64,000 bases of DNA from Macrostomum hystrix (lineage: Eukaryota; Animalia; Platyhelminthes): assembly GCA_950097015.1 (NCBI GenBank), contig CATNEN010000039.1, positions 17,732,001 through 17,796,000 of the forward strand, in the 5' to 3' direction. A program made the translations under genes and the position numbers. Position 1 is the first letter of the stretch. Each line of letters begins with the position of its first letter. The notes beneath the pieces were generated by a model. That model was given only the letters and a program-made list of their open reading frames with translations. It was not told the DNA's origin and searched no databases. Shown here in pieces: positions 62,783 to 64,000 of the stretch.

Positions 62783-63313
62783 AATCTAGGTATATTAATC
62801 AATTGGGTCTTGATGTTTTTTCATCAATTTGTGTAGTCAGGCAGTGCTTTAAAAGTGATTCATTAGCTATAAAAATAAATTAAACTGAACTTTTTGGCAA
62901 GTGGTCTCTACATTCTCCGATTATTGAATTTTTTAAATTTCTAAAATTCAAATCAGGGTTTGTTTTAGTTTGCTTATAACTTTAGTCTGCTGTAGCTGAT
63001 TTAAATAAATGCTAATTTGAACTGTTTTTTTTTCAAGAATACACCCGATTCGGAAAATCAGGTAAATTGAAGATTCACTAGAACAGGTTTCTTGTAAGGT
63101 TATTTATGTTTTACATAGTTTTGTATTTATATGTATTCGTGTTTAACTGTGTTAATTTTAGTAAATTAGTCTGCATACTAGTCTTACTTTTTTAAGATGC
63201 TTACAGTGACTGCAGTGCTGTCTGACTTACACAGTGTCAAAATAATGCACTTTTAATTCACTGGTACATTATTATTATGTACAATAAATAAATCACGTAT
63301 AATAAATACATGT

Positions 63314-63649
63314 GCCGATCGGTTCTTTCCGACGCTAAGGCCGACGTCAAATGTACTTCGGAGTGGGGTGGGTGCAAGGCTGGTGGGGTCGTTCATGGAA
63401 AATTCCATTGGACCGCTTATTGCAAAAAATTGACGTACGCATTTAAAAGGATTTCCTCAAGGTCAAACCTCCCTATAACTATGACAAACCATCTTTCCCG
63501 ACTTTATTCCCGACGCTAAAACTTTCCTGATGCTTTAATTTGTTTATAAGTGGACCAATGGAATTTTCCATGAACGACCCCACCAGCCTTGCACCACTCC
63601 GAAGTATGTACATTTGACGTCGGCCTTAGCGTCGGGAAAACCGATCGGC
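63314..63649. mobile_element. MITE-like palindrome with ~105-bp arms
   Basis: GCCGATCGGTT...CCGACGCTAAGGCCGACGTCAAATGTAC...GAAAATTCCATTGG is inverted at the right end; TSD not evident. Confidence 0.75.
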
Positions 63650-64000
63650 TAAAGTAAAAATATCCGTAAAATAAGTTGCTCTAGCTTAGCTTGGCTATCC
63701 TTAACTCAATTTGCACTGTCTATCATTTTTTAACTTCTTGTACATCTAGTGTGCGTAAATTGCATCTTTAGAAAGTACATAATAACTAGATAGGTTCTTC
63801 TAGATTTTTAGTAGTCGTAGTTACCTAACTAATAACTAGTCATCGTGTACTTCTTTGCTTACTATTTTTACAGCAATGTGAAATGACGGATAAGGCTAAG
63901 GTTCGTTGATTAAAAACTTGTATTCAAAATAATTTAAAGTTTGTTAACAGCTTTTTGACGTTTGATTTTCACAAGTTAAATATATACTCGTACTACTCAA

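Noticed and set aside
63038-63061. Possible 24-nt KICS2 microexon
   Set aside because: Splice sites are plausible but there is no recognisable homology.

Overview
AT-rich, intron-containing animal genomic DNA with many minisatellite arrays; the style is consistent with the flatworm Macrostomum, but that assignment is inference. Host genes on the minus strand are MPPE1/PGAP5, CDK1 and PICALM/AP180. On the plus strand are a secreted PAN + ConA-like lectin gene with one frameshift, a secreted Der p 7/TULIP-like gene and the 5' part of KICS2 (C12orf66). A decayed ankyrin-repeat/Mab-21 (cGAS-like receptor) gene lies on the minus strand. Main finding: PICALM intron 1 (20.7 kb) contains a 15.9-kb DNA transposon (26852-42744) with perfect 24-bp TIRs, a TA target-site duplication and repeated subterminal motifs. 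Its three phase-compatible exons predict one 1121-aa protein: HTH-psq + CENP-B HTH + DD35D pogo transposase + Ser/Pro linker + OTU cysteine protease + SH3/Tudor-like tail. Also seen: a nested MULE-like foldback element, a two-copy MITE with 2-bp TSDs, tRNA-derived SINEs, and a minisatellite insertion that duplicated a CDK1 splice acceptor. All coordinates and domain calls were read by eye; no searches were run.
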